Source: Mizuhopecten yessoensis
Taxonomy: Eukaryota
Reading direction: 5' to 3'
DNA length: 64,000 bases
NCBI RefSeq assembly: GCF_002113885.1
Contig: NW_018407403.1
Span: 1,352,055-1,416,054, forward strand
The stretch's first letter is position 1. Every line of letters begins with the position of its first letter. Below, in pieces: positions 48,473-61,290 of the stretch. The notes under the pieces were generated by a model. It was not told the DNA's origin and did no database searches. It saw only the letters and a list, made by a program, of their open reading frames with translations. The translations under genes were made by a program, and so were the position numbers.

Positions 48473-51400
48473 ATTCTATTTATCCTTCCATACCGTTTTT
48501 AATCTGATAATCTGACAAACTGTCACACTGATGGATTTGTTACTATGTATAATTAAAAGGAGCAGACATAATTCAATAGGCACGCATTCATTGGAAGGAG
48601 GTGATAGTCCCCCACAAGACAAAAAAGACGATGGAAAAATTATTGTACTTAATACAAGAACAGCAGGTAAGATTTTTCTCCCCATTATACCTCGACAATG
48701 TGTTCATAATAACTTGTTTTATCAAGTGTGTATTTGTCTGAGAAAGTGTCAACAAGAACTATTCCTCATATTCACTGATTGGTCGGAACAAAAGCAGCAA
48801 CTTTTCATAACAAAATTGACTATTGAATATTCAGGTAGATATACGTGACCAAACTCTAGGCTGATACATGTCCTTTCAAGATTACAGAGGATTTCATCGC
48901 AATTTCAAAGCCTGTTGGTTTTACGAATAACCTGCGACGCAAACCCTTTGATCGACATCAAAGTCATCAGACTAGCATTTTTGCATAATCTGGATGATGT
49001 TACATAAAAAGTCTCATATTTTTGTGTGTGACATACTCCAAGGGTGCAATGAAAGATATGTGTACTGAAACCGTGACCATTTGATTGAGAAGATGCATTT
49101 TATTCTGACATGTGGTTGTTTATTCTGACAAGTGGTTGTTTATGCTGACATGTGTTTGTTTATTCTGACATGTGGTTGTTTATTGTGACATGTGGTTGTT
49201 TATTCTGACATGTGGTTGTTTATTCTGACGTGTGGTTGTTTATTCTGACATGTGGTTGTTTATTCTGACATGTGGTTGTTTGCATAACATATCTGTCACA
49301 ACGTTCATTCGATTTCCATCCATCTTGATTAAGAAACGATTACTGAGAACATTATCAAACTCTTCTGATCCCCTAAAAAGACCTCCAATCCCTAAAACTT
49401 TCTTTGTAATCAGAAGAAATTTAATAAATTACATGTTAGAAGGTTAACGCTGCTGCCCCTCTGTTTCAACGGTAAATTAGACAACTAAAATTTGCAGTGT
49501 GTTGGTAACTTGAGCCACCAATGATTCCTAGAAGGACGAAACAGCCTTGTGGGGCAGTGTAACTCATTGTGATTTATTGTATCTCTAACCATATTTTGTG
49601 TGTGTTTGTGACGTTTTTCATTGACCGCATACCTTTTCAAAGCAGCAATCTGTAGAAATGTATTGCCTCAAAGCAATCTTGATGAAGATTCTGTAAGAGA
49701 TAAATGAATAACAGAATGAGCTAGAAAATTTCCAAAATGAAGGTGATCACTAACAGGGAGATTTTTTATTAATTTTTGTATGTGTAATTATTATGTTTGT
49801 GCGTTCGGACGGTACAGGGTATCACATATTGCGATACTTAATTGACTGGAAAACTATGTTCCTAAACACGTAATTATATTTTAACGTAAACACTTACTCT
49901 CTTTCCTTGCAGGTCAGGCCGTCAATACTTCTTTCCAAACTCACTGGAATGACTCTCAAGGTAAGGATATTTAATTATTTAGTGCAATAATTTTATGCTC
50001 AGAAAAAGCCGGACATTTTAATTATTGTGTTTTTGTATTTTTGTATTGATGCTCCGATAATTTTGGACCAAACACTATTTATTTTCTAACTTAAATTCTT
50101 AACAAAACATCTGAACACTATATTTCTCATATTGGCTGACACTTGGGGCGTATTTAGTATATTATGACGTCATAGTATTATTCCCCTCTAACACATAACC
50201 CGCCCGCTGTTTCCTGTAGACACATCAAAAACGGTGCTATGACATTTAAAAAAAAAATGCAACCGTCTCTTTCCTTTCGACATTTGATCTCAGTTTTTCG
50301 GAGCATATTCCAGGAAGTATTTGCACATAACATTTTGCTTCCTTAAAACCCAGAATCAAACACAAATGGCGACCATAACGGCAACGAGGCAGAATAATAA
50401 TGTCACGTTATCTTAGTTTATAACGGCGCTTATATGTTTGAAACCAATTAATGTTTAAGTTATACAACTCGAACTATATATAGCAACCGATTAATCAGCC
50501 AAAAAAGAGTTCTGGCTAGATGAACTTCGGAAAATTACATTGCGTTGCTGAACAGTCAGTATCACAATAGTGAACTTTTTATACCAAATATTTGACGTAA
50601 TAACCTGCATGGACTGGAAATAATTTTTGTTTTTAACAGTATCCGCTTCACAAGTTGCAAATGGAAATTCATCCCTACAGAGTCTTAAAGGGGATAAAGG
50701 AACAACTGGGACCACAGTACCAAAAGGGGATACTGGAACCACTGGACCTACGGGACTAAAAGGGGAAATGGTCCAAAAGGGGACAAAGGAGATATATGCA
50801 CTACAGGACTGAAAGGGAATAATGGAAACCTCAGGGACTCCTGGAGCTATGGGAGCAAAAGGGGGCCACGGACCAAAGGGAGACAAAGAAGAAATAGCTA
50901 CTGCAGGGCCGAAAGGGAACGATGGAATCCCAGGGCCTGGTGGACCTATGGGAGCAAAAGGGGGCCACGGACTAAAGGGAGACAAAGGAGAAATAGGTAC
51001 TGCAGGGCCGAAAGGGAACGATGGAACCACTGGCACTACTGGGAATATAGGACCAAAAGGGGATCAAGGTCCTAATGGAGACCAAGGAAAAATAGGAACC
51101 GAGGGGCCTAAAGGGAATACTGGTACACATGGAATTAAGGCACAAACAGGGGAAATTGGGGGAACTGGAGCCATGGGTCAAAAAGGGAACTATGGTTTAC
51201 CTGGGAGTAGGGGACCACAAGGAGCTTCTGGAAGACCAGGTTTAGAAGGACAAAAAGGGAACAAAGGGACGCATGGGGCTGCTGGACCTTTAGGACCCCC
51301 AGGGTACATTGGTCATCCGGGGATTACAGGACGGAAAGGAGATGCTGGAAATCCTGGAATTGTGGGACAGAAAGGGGATACCGGAGGCCAAGGGACTCAA

Positions 51401-54400
51401 GGAGAGAAAGGGGAGACAGGATTAGACAGGACTGGTAGGCAATCACTTTTTTAAACTCTATTACTATGATGTATCTTTAATATTGGTCAATAAAGACGAA
51501 TGTATGTATATCCAATCTGGAACATACTATTGAAACTAGTGTTGTGGCTTATAGAAATTCTTCTACCGACGTCAATAATGGTATATATTTCTACTCTTCA
51601 TTTCCTCTATCTGTTCATTTCTTATGCGATCATTAGGTTATAAATACGGACTGTCAGTGATATGTCGAATGACGCCCTAAACGTTCTGTCAATCTTTCAC
51701 AACATACTGTAAATGTATATATTTTAGCGGTAGTACTATATTGGCGCTTTACGCTCCATTTATGACGCTGAAGTATTTACCAATTGGAGTTTTTGTAAAT
51801 TGTTATCTGTTGCATATTTTGTCAGCGTGCCAATTCATCAATGCGCTAATCTGCCTAAATTCGATGAAGCGCTAAAATTTGAGAGTGCTATAATAAGACT
51901 GATAACAGTACGGGTTTGCATTGTCTTATTGGAGAGTTAGGGAAATTCTGACGAAGGAATGGCGGAAATTGGGTGTGGGTAGCTCATTTAGAACCGACAA
52001 TTGTTTGCAGTTTCTAAGGATCCTCGATGTTAATTGCACAATACAATTTTGATAAAAAGGTGTAGCAAACACATGTGTTTTCATTTAGACATTTCGAATA
52101 TGTAGATTACAACTCTGAAAGTTTATAAGGACTTTGAGTCCATGCTGTTTTCACGCTTAAGTGGCATTACACATAGAATATATTGGATTCATGATATCAA
52201 ATCTCTGTAACTTAGGTTGGCAAAATCAATAATGAGTATTGTGCGGGAGACGCACAGTTTGATATCTCTTAAATTCCGTTTTGTTTTTTTGGCTCATTAT
52301 ATATACATAATTCAAATATTGTGTATTATATTTCCATTTCGTGAGTGCAATACGGTACGAAGGGTATTTTGTGATATTACTCTACAGATTGTTGTTTTGG
52401 TTCAGTACTTCCTGAGTACCTTATACAATTATGGACTTCAGGTGAGGTCTATCCCTGATTTACGGACCTGGTCTGAACAATATTCACCGAGGCCGATGGT
52501 TTTATTATACGACATTTTACAAAAGATCAATCGTTTTCCATGTCATAAACACATATATGACATGAATCATTTTGGAATCACATAGCAAAGGACTTCAAGT
52601 ACAAAATAATGGGAAATTACCTAGGCCTTTCTTAAGTAGTTGTCTGTAACACTTTTCTATTTATAGCTCAAGGTCTGTAACACTCTTCTAGTCATAGAAC
52701 GAGGTATGTAACAAATTTACAGACTCGTCACATGACGTCGCTCCTCCAATCAGGGCTGGGAACTAGCGCCAGTCATATTATAATAGGGAATACGGACTTT
52801 GTCACATACACCAACATAGTAATATCCCAAACTTCAAAAAGATTGTTGTTAAGATTTACCGTTTGGAGATTGGCGACGATCAATATAAGTATCTGTTTTC
52901 CAGAACTCTACATGGTACATATAACCATGGCAACTTATTGGCAAAACTGTTCTTACGGAAACCTTGTTCATGTTGTTTATTGGAAGGACGTGACAGTATA
53001 AAATTTACGCTTGGTCGATATCACAGTAACAGAGCCACGGTTAGATATATAAAAAGGAACACTTGATTATTCTTTAACAGCATGTTAAGTTTTATTAGAA
53101 TTGGATATTAAACGAAATTACGATATATTTTTTATGAAAAACGTGAACTAAAATAGAATCCTTATGGAATAATAATTGTCACGTGAAATGACTCTACATT
53201 GCTTCATGCTAGCATAAATCAGGGAACGGAAATCAGGAAAGCCAATTGTCTTCGTCGTGAACTGCGCCGTGATATGTAGTTGCGGTTTGTTCCCTGCGGC
53301 CATGTACGTCATTCATATGACGTTTCTCCTTTGAATTTAGATTCAATTTCAAAGTTGTTCAACAGTCGAAAAAATTCAAAACATGTCAAAATGACATTTC
53401 TTAATCCGAATATTGTTTTTCTTTTAGAAACTGGTTAGAGATGTAACTACAATTTGTAACATAATCCTGATTATTATTGATGCATCTTATCTTATCCTAT
53501 TGAAATTCTATTCTCAGGAAGAAATTTTGTTTGCTTCTTTAATCATTAAGAATTGTGTAGAAAAAACACGAACAATTGAAATATTGTAAATGTGAAGTTT
53601 ATATTTGCATATGTAATTGTCACTTATCATTTGAAACTAGACTGATTTTCTTTGTAATTGCGTTTGAATATGACAATGCCTATAATTACAATCAGGTAGT
53701 TGTGAATAACACAAGCTTTTACTGTTTGATTTAGAAATACGAGCGTTTATTTTTGCGTTAAGAATATTAGTTTGAAAATATTTAACTCGAATATTCATTT
53801 ATATATTAAATAAATAATAAAAGCAGAAAAAATATCCTTACGAACGAAGAAATATTATAAATAGAAAAATTCTCAACAACAAGTCTTTAGTACTTTCATC
53901 TCTTCTTGGAGATTCTTCAGACTTAAATAAATCATATATATATATAAGATATTGATCTCAGAACCATTTCCAAAGCTAACATTTCCTAACCGCAACCAAT
54001 TAAATGGGTCACAATACGAACATTTTCACACGCGAAAATTTCAACTTTTACAATAATTCATTTTTTCCCTTTTTCAGTTCACGACATAGCGTTTTCGGTA
54101 GGAAAAAATCTAAAACATCACGGTCATCTCCCTCATGTGGTGTTTGAGGATATTTATATGAATAACGGACATGACTACCATCCATCGACTGGGGAATTTA
54201 CCTGTGATGTAGCGGGAATGTACTTGTTTACGTTGTCTGCTAATGTCAGCCCGGGACATGAGATGCTGTTCTATATGAAAAATAACGGACATCATTGGCG
54301 CTACATGGCAGTCTCTGGAAGTGGAAGTCATCACCAAACAGGCTCTGTCTCAGCTCTTAATAGAATGAAACACGGAGACATTATGACGGTAGAGCTGACA

Positions 54401-54457
54401 CGCAATACAGATAACACCATGGCCACCACTACGTTTGAAGGCGTTTTACTTTATTGA
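47627..54457 (+). CDS. Secreted C1q-domain protein with coiled coil + collagen region, join(47627-47817,48560-48666,49913-49960,50640-51434,54078-54457); disrupted at 50765-50826 as sequenced (possible pseudogene or assembly error)
   Basis: Signal peptide MVYGVVFVMVLAVAFA, heptad segment, long Gly-X-Y run, gC1q motifs IAFSV / VVFEDIYMNNGHDYHPSTGEFTCDVAGMYLF / GSVSAL..MKHGD / TTFEGVLLY*; phases consistent; AATAAA ~54463. Confidence 0.82.
48101..48470 (+). mobile_element. tRNA-derived CORE-type SINE with (TTA)n tail
   Basis: A-box TGATCTAGTGG, B-box GAGTTCGAGTC, CORE-like TGTATCTTTGAGCAAGATACTTTAC...CTCAGCTGTAAATGAGTA, (TTA) tail 48438-48470. Confidence 0.8.
49101..49280. repeat. 20-bp tandem repeat x9
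   Basis: Unit TATTCTGACATGTGGTTGTT. Confidence 0.92.
50640..51434 (+). CDS. Collagen (Gly-X-Y) exon of the C1q gene, with frameshifts
   Basis: GDKGTTG...GPKGDK...GLPGSRGPQGASGRPGLEGQKG; in-frame TGA at 50810-50812 between a -1 and a +1 indel. Confidence 0.85.
51705..51911. mobile_element. MITE (TACTGT...ACAGTA termini)
   Basis: TACTGTAAATGTATATATTTTAGCG ... GCGCTAAAATTTG...ACAGTA imperfect TIRs. Confidence 0.5.
54078..54457 (+). CDS. Globular C1q domain exon (His-rich)
   Basis: VHDIAFSVG...FTCDVAGMYLF...TTFEGVLLY*. Confidence 0.9.
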
Positions 54458-57400
54458 TGAAAAATAAAATCATCTGCATGCTAAAACATCATGTAGCTTA
54501 TTATTTTCACAAATAACACCACGTAAACCAAGTCATAAAACAACACAAGCAAAGTTTTATTTTTGTTGCTTTGTGTTTATCACTACAAAAGTAATCGGAA
54601 AGTCTATTTTTGTAAATATGTATTGGCAAACGCGTCTTAGCTCTATAATGGTGTAATGAACCTACCTATTACAATCTTGGAAGCATTTCAGTTTAAGTAG
54701 TACATATTATTGTCGGTTTACCAATGTAGAAAGTTATGACAATCTTGTAAGTTTATTTGTAACGAATAGCATCGCTATACGAAAGAAGAACTTTGGTATG
54801 AATATTGTATTTCTTCAGGAATGAGTGTATGATGAAGTTGAAATTAATATACTATATGTTGATTAGGTATTGGCATATTATGACAAGTTACCGATCGCGA
54901 TCTTGAAATATTACAGTGATCAGTCTCATACTCGAGGTCTATTCTCGCTTCGGTTTCTATTATTACATCCGGGTAACTGTTCTGTATACTAGGTTTTGAT
55001 TGGTCAGCTAATAGTATAAATAGCTGTGAACCGCAGCAGAGTAAATTTAAAGCCTTTTTTTTATTTTTCAATTTTCAAAGTTAATTCATAAGTGGGGTTA
55101 TCGTTCAATTTGGACTTTAAAACCCCGTAGCTTATCTGTAGTACTTGTAACAGTCTTTCAAATTTGAATTTTGTTGGTGCGTGAAACCACCGATTGCCAT
55201 ATATGGAAACGGAAAATAGTCACGAAATTTCCCTGTTTCAAACAATAAGTTATAAAAAAAAAATCTATTGAAATGAAGACATCGCAATTTCTATGTTTTA
55301 AATGCAAAAAAAAAAAAGAGAATAAAAAATAATATTTTAGGCTTCTGTTTTGGCTAACTGATTTTTTTATTATTATGACATTCATCTTTAAAAACGACAC
55401 CAATTTTCTGTTGTTTAAATAACTGATGAATCGTATATTGACTTGTTTATTATCGTCAATCTCCCGATTTGTTTCAATGATTTTGTTCGTTAGAGCTATT
55501 TCAGTGTGTTTCGGTAATTCATCCAATGGTTTAACTCAGGGCTGTTGGTTTGTAGTGGATATTAAACCAGTGAATCATGTCAACGACGACATACTAGCCT
55601 TACTACTGAAATGTAATATAACATAATGGCGACGGGCCTAAACGCTGAAATTGTGTACAGCCATTGTTTAATACCAATACGTGTTACCGTTACAACTGCA
55701 TGTTAAGCATTATATCTCTATAAAGGAATATTTGATCGCTAACTGGCAATACAGTAACAATCTCACGTATTTACTTGGCATTTCACTCTGAACTTGAGAT
55801 AGTGTACTCAAGTATTTCACAAATGAAACTAGAGTTACTTCCCTTCAAAGGACCAGCTCTGTAGTTTGTAGCAAAACTGTATGATGAAACCAACACACTG
55901 AGACACTGCCGTTTATGTTTCTAAGGTCGCCTTATAGTTCGTACTCAAAGTATTGTACCACTACGTATTAATTATAATGAGAAGTAAATTGCGCTAAAAA
56001 TGTAGGTAATGATAATTTAATTAAATCGTTTGTTTCGAATGTGATCTTCAGTTATAAAGAAAGATATATTTACGATGTCGTTTACCTTCCATGTATAGTT
56101 ATAACAGTTCGACGATATTCGGTAACAGAAATATATATTTCTTTGTCGACCGCATAATTCAGTTAAACTACAAATCCACTTTTTGTGTGTAAATGATATC
56201 AAGTGGTGAAGTGTCATGAATAAGACAATTGACATCACATCATAACCTCATGACCTCATAACCTCACGACCCCGTCTATCGTATTTAAGACATCAAACAT
56301 GATGTCTAGAATGCAACTTAAAGGATTGTTTCTGGTTCAAACTAAATATCTGAACACGTATATATTTGTATACTTTCCATAGTTAAATATATATTTTCAC
56401 GAATATTCGTATACTTTCCATAGTAAAATATATTTTCACGAGTATTCGTTTAATTCCAAAAGTAGACTTTTGTGTTAAGAAAAGTTAAAAGTAAATGTAA
56501 GTCTTAAATATTGATGTGAATTCGTTGGAATAATCTTGTAAAAGATTATATTGAGTTGTTTCTTTTTGATTAAATGTACTAATATATTCATTAAAACCAC
56601 GTTTAGTTGAATGCGAAATGGATTACGCATGTAATGCTGACACGCCCAATGAATCGTGAAGACGATTTAGACTAATTTTTTGTTTCACGAAGAATTGACC
56701 GTGATCCAATCGGTATAAAGACTGTTAGGTCACTTGCCCCGACTATTACGTCTCAACTGAAAAATGGGGAAAAAATTGGAAATACCAATATTGTGTTGCA
56801 CTCCAATTTATCAAAGGTTACTGAATAAAGCATGCCTAGGTACTTGTATGTATCATGATCCGGTTTTGAATGTAATAAGCATGAAACAAACACAGTCTAA
56901 TGAAAGAAACGCTGGCGCAGCTGACATTCCAAACAAAATATCTTAAAATCATAAACTTAAAGACCAAGCATTATTTTTTTTCCAAATGCGACATTAATTT
57001 GAAACATACATTTTTTTTTTGTACATTGTAGAGAAAGATTACTTTAAAGTTAATAGTAAGATGTAGGGTCCACTCTATGTCAACGTAACCATCTATAATT
57101 AATCTTAATGTGAGTAAAATGTTGATGTGCTAGCTGATTACTAATATATAAAGCTTTCCCACCGTTTTACAGGATGAAAGGCCAAAAGCAACTGGTAAAC
57201 GATGATTAAACCCTCAGGGCATCCGCCTCTGTAAAACATAAAGGCATCCTGTGACGAACGAACTTCAACTTCATAATCTTCAAACTGTGCCACATTGAAA
57301 TACACATGTATTAATACGACCTTCAATTTGTTTTGCGGTGTTTACATGTTACATGTAAGTGTTCGTGTTGATGAAACAGGACAATTTTAGTTACGGAGTT

Positions 57401-57790
57401 GAAGTACTTTGAAGTGAATGCTACTAAGACTTAATGACTAATATTAACTTGTCATATTGAAAAGGATATTTTTTTTATTAGGTTTCATTTAAAAATTCCT
57501 CGTTTTGATAGAGAGAGACAGTTTTATTACGCAGTTTGAGTACTTTGTTCTGAGTGTATTATGTTTAACATGTTTTATTTGATATAAAAGGACAGTTTTT
57601 AACAAAGTGTCAGTATTTTGTAATGAACTACATAAAACGTATTGTTTTTGATTTGTTTCACTGTTTATCGTCGATGCAACAACTTAGGTAACATGGATAC
57701 ACTTCTGAAATGAAAGAAATCATGAGTGAAAAGAAAAGGTTGAAGTTCTTCGTGTCACAAAGGGGGAAGCGGATCACTGTTGCTTATGCG

Positions 57791-58492
57791 AAGTTCTTGT
57801 TACACAACCAATAAGTGTTTCAATATGACGTTTCGATGACCAGTACGGTATGTACTCTGTCACCTTCATCGAACAAATGATCAGTGAAGCGTATGCCCAA
57901 TCGACATCGTACACATTTTACATCTTTGTGTACATACGCTTCACTGGTCATTTGTCTGATGAAGGTGACAGAGTACATACCTCACTAGTCATCGAAAATA
58001 TTGATAGAAACACTTATTGGTGGTATAACAAGAATATTTCATAATTCATACTTACCAACCTGAAGAAAAAGTAAGAAATATCGGATCAGTGTTGTTTTCT
58101 GAAGGTCCACAATGCAGAAGATAAAGAACAAGCGGAAGATAAAGGAAGCCATCTGGATACGCCGCAGTGGGCCAGTTCTAAATCGAGACGAGGGGGCTCA
58201 AAGACTCTCGCACATCTATGACCAAGTGGTAACAAAGCGTAGCTGAATTGAGTTATTTCGGTACATATATAACAACTAGTGTGCATACGTTTCCAGCGTT
58301 GCCGAAATCGACATCGATTTTATGGACAACTCGTACACATTTTACACCTTTGTGTGCATACGCTTCATTGGTCATTTGTCTGATAAAAGTGACAGTGTAC
58401 ATATCGTACTAGTCATCGAAACGTCACATAGTGCATTTCATTGGTTGTGTAAAAAGAACTTTTCATAATCCATACTTACCAACCTGAAGAAA
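57791..58492 (+). mobile_element. 5'-truncated Penelope/Poseidon-type element: inverted pLTR + pLTR + GIY-YIG C-terminus + pLTR
   Basis: ~58110-58246 encodes KRKIKEAIWIRRSGPVLNRDEGAQRLSHIYDQV..*; direct repeats ~57907-58070 and ~58331-58492; inverted copy ~57791-57895. Confidence 0.8.
57950..58003 (+). ncRNA. Minimal type I hammerhead-ribozyme-like motif in pLTR (degenerate; homologs at 58375-58428 + and 57824-57876 -)
   Basis: CTGATGA-A-GGTGAC...GTCATC-GAAA; the other two copies retain GAAACGTC. Confidence 0.55.
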
Positions 58493-59614
58493 ATGTGTAG
58501 AAACTTTTTTAAGGATTTTGATATGTCCCGGCCTTGGAACACAACTGATTGCTTTTTTATCTTTGGCGAACGTTCAACACCTGGGTCAAACTTGACAGAT
58601 GAAATCAATAAGTATCTCGAATGTGTCCCAAATTTGGTTTAAGGGGATATTTAGTCAAATGAAAACCTGAAAATCAAGTCGATCCTGAAAATATTGATCT
58701 CCTGACGAAATTTACGTTGTTGATAATGACATGACCTGAAGCCAACGTCCAGTGTGGTCAGTTTCATCTTTTGGAAAAGCCGGTGAGAAAAAATAGCAAC
58801 GACCGAAATAGAGCAATATCCGGGCCTTCCAGTGAGAAGTAAACATGTTCAGCAACATGCTGTCGACCGACAACACAGTCACAGTTCACATATAACACAT
58901 TCTTGAATTTACACAATACATCGCAAGTAGGAATCGTACGTATCTTAATATATACCTTTAATCAGATATATCTGTTCACATTTGGATTTGAATAAAAAAC
59001 GAACTGGTTCAATTACAGCATGCACGCCTTGAGAGGGTACCGCAGGGAGAATTTCAAACCGCAGAAAGTACGATATCAATAGGTTTGAACACAGGTACTT
59101 GTATTCTAGAGAGGCTAGGTGAATAAAGCGAGAAGTTATCTCCTCTCCTCGACTGGGAACACACTTTTGTAAGCTATGAATTCATCGACAGCTGTCGCTA
59201 AAACGTATGGCTGAACAGTTAAGGATTTCTCCATTACTAATTAAAAAACTCCAAGAAAACAGTGTCCTTTGTCGATTTCTCGACATGAATTGCTCATGAG
59301 GTGTATCAAACTAATCATAAATAACTTTGTGACAAGGATATATAAAAAAAAACTTGCTTCACTAGATTGTCCTGTTTAAGGGTTTCAAAAGGTGACCTGC
59401 ATTCAGAATATTGTCAGACGGGAACAGGGGGGTTCATTATGATTTTGTTATGAAGTTGCTATAGCATACGTACTAATACATGTACATGTGCAATTTATAT
59501 ATCATGTTGTCATCATAATATTTTTCCAATATGATATATTTAAATATGTTTATTATAGAAACGTTTACACAGTCCATATTTTACACAGTCCATACATTAT
59601 CTTCAAGTGTAAAC

Positions 59615-59766
59615 TGACTCATAAAAAGCGCCTTGGCAGTACATACTGAATGACGTGTGTAGCTACAGTGCATTTCATAGTCAGCAGAGCGCCAAGGACA
59701 GCAATTTCGAAATACACTCCGCAGAAATTTGGTGATCTCATTCAAAACAGCCAGAACACAAATCAG
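59615..59766 (+). promoter_or_regulatory. Probable promoter and non-coding first exon of the 60982 gene
   Basis: TGACTCA (AP-1) at 59615-59621 overlapping TATA-like CATAAAAA, TGACGT at 59651, strong donor CAG|GTAAGA at 59766; acceptor TTTTCAG at 60954. Confidence 0.45.
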
Positions 59767-60981
59767 GTAAGAAGGGTTTTGTTCTAGTTTGAGAGCACAT
59801 ACTTTCTACTTTTAGCTATAAACTATTTTGTATTCGATATTTTGTTTAAATAGTCATAACAAAATTTAATGAAATGATATTAAACATTTCAATTAAGTGA
59901 GTTCTACATGTATCATGGATAATGTAATTACAACAAAATTTGATTAATTCCTAGATAGAGGATAAATTCCTTGTGTTTTCAGCTTTTTTAAAAATTCCAT
60001 AGCACGTGCATTAATGCTTTTTTAACCATTTTCTAATTATTTGAGGTACAATGTACCCATAATTAATCTTTTTATTTTGTTTTTGCGTCTGTGCTTAAAC
60101 TTTAGCACTGACATTTATGTTATTTCACTCCTACAACATAAGCGGCCGAACAAAATAACAATTTTTCGCGAAAATATTTCCTGGGAACACGTAGCACTAC
60201 GTAACATTCTTAAGGTATTAACAAGAGATACATTAATTTCTTAATGCAATAAAGTAAATCCTGGGTATTTTGTCTCCCTGTCTTATCGCCATAATACTAC
60301 TGAAATCTATAAAATTATAACCATGAACAGTAATATGTTGTCTAATCTGACCGATATGTTTTATCATCAGTGTCAGATAAAACAGTATTTACTAAATTTC
60401 CAAAAAATGTCCAATCGGAAAAAGCATTTCTTCATTTTCAAAATATCCGTTTGAAAAAGCTGATGAATTTCATAAAATTTAATTCTGATATAACCAAAAC
60501 GAAACCTAAAACATCACAATTAATCTAAAACTAAACTTTTTAATTGACATCGCTATTTCATGTATTTAATCCCCTTTAAAGACATAAACACTATAAATAA
60601 AATAATTATTGCTCTTACAGTACTAAAAAAGGGACAAAATTAAAAGTAAATGGAATTTTATCACTGAAATAATTAATTAGAAAATGAACTATGATTTACT
60701 ACATTCAACTTGTTTCGAAACATATTTCTAAAGATTAATGTACTATATAGTAAAATTGTAACTATGCATTACTTCATTATTTATAATTGTATGTCATTTT
60801 CTAATAGATGTACTCTTGTAATTGGATTTGGACGTATGTATGTATCACATGTTGTAACAATTGTATATATGATTGAATAAAATAATATATGTGAAAAAAA
60901 GAAAAAAAATATAAATGTTGATTTAACTAAAAATATTTTTTTTATATTTTTCAGGTACAACATAGTGCCATTAACCGAGCA

Positions 60982-61285
60982 ATGCATTTATCCGTAATTT
61001 CCATGGCTGCCATTTTGTTGGCGGTCACACTTGTTAAAGGCGACAAAGAGAAACACTCGAATTACTATGCCAACCAGAATTTCAAAAAGGCATTTAAGCT
61101 CAGTCCAGAGGCTCCTCTACCTCCTACAGATGAGGAAGACGAGAGTACCGGATGTGCATTGAAGGTTGAGTGTAAAAACAGGAAAGGTGAACCCGGAACA
61201 TCAGGTTTGCCTGGTATGGACGGTACGCCCGGGTTGCCGGGATACGATGGTCGGCCTGGAGAAAAGGGCAACCAGGGGGAACCAG
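60982..61285 (+). CDS. First coding exon of a secreted collagen-repeat protein (C1q/CTRP-like architecture suspected); continues beyond the LINE or window
   Basis: Signal peptide [20 protein letters not shown], Cys pair CALKVEC, Gly-X-Y run [33 protein letters not shown], donor G|GTAACT. Confidence 0.75.
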
Positions 61286-61290
61286 GTAAC

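Noticed and set aside
50810-50812. Selenocysteine or readthrough TGA in the collagen exon
   Set aside because: The surrounding residues are out of Gly-X-Y register, so frameshifts explain the stop; no SECIS recognised.
50491-51181. Pro-rich minus-strand ORFs (also 61065-61271)
   Set aside because: Antisense shadows of Gly-X-Y codons.
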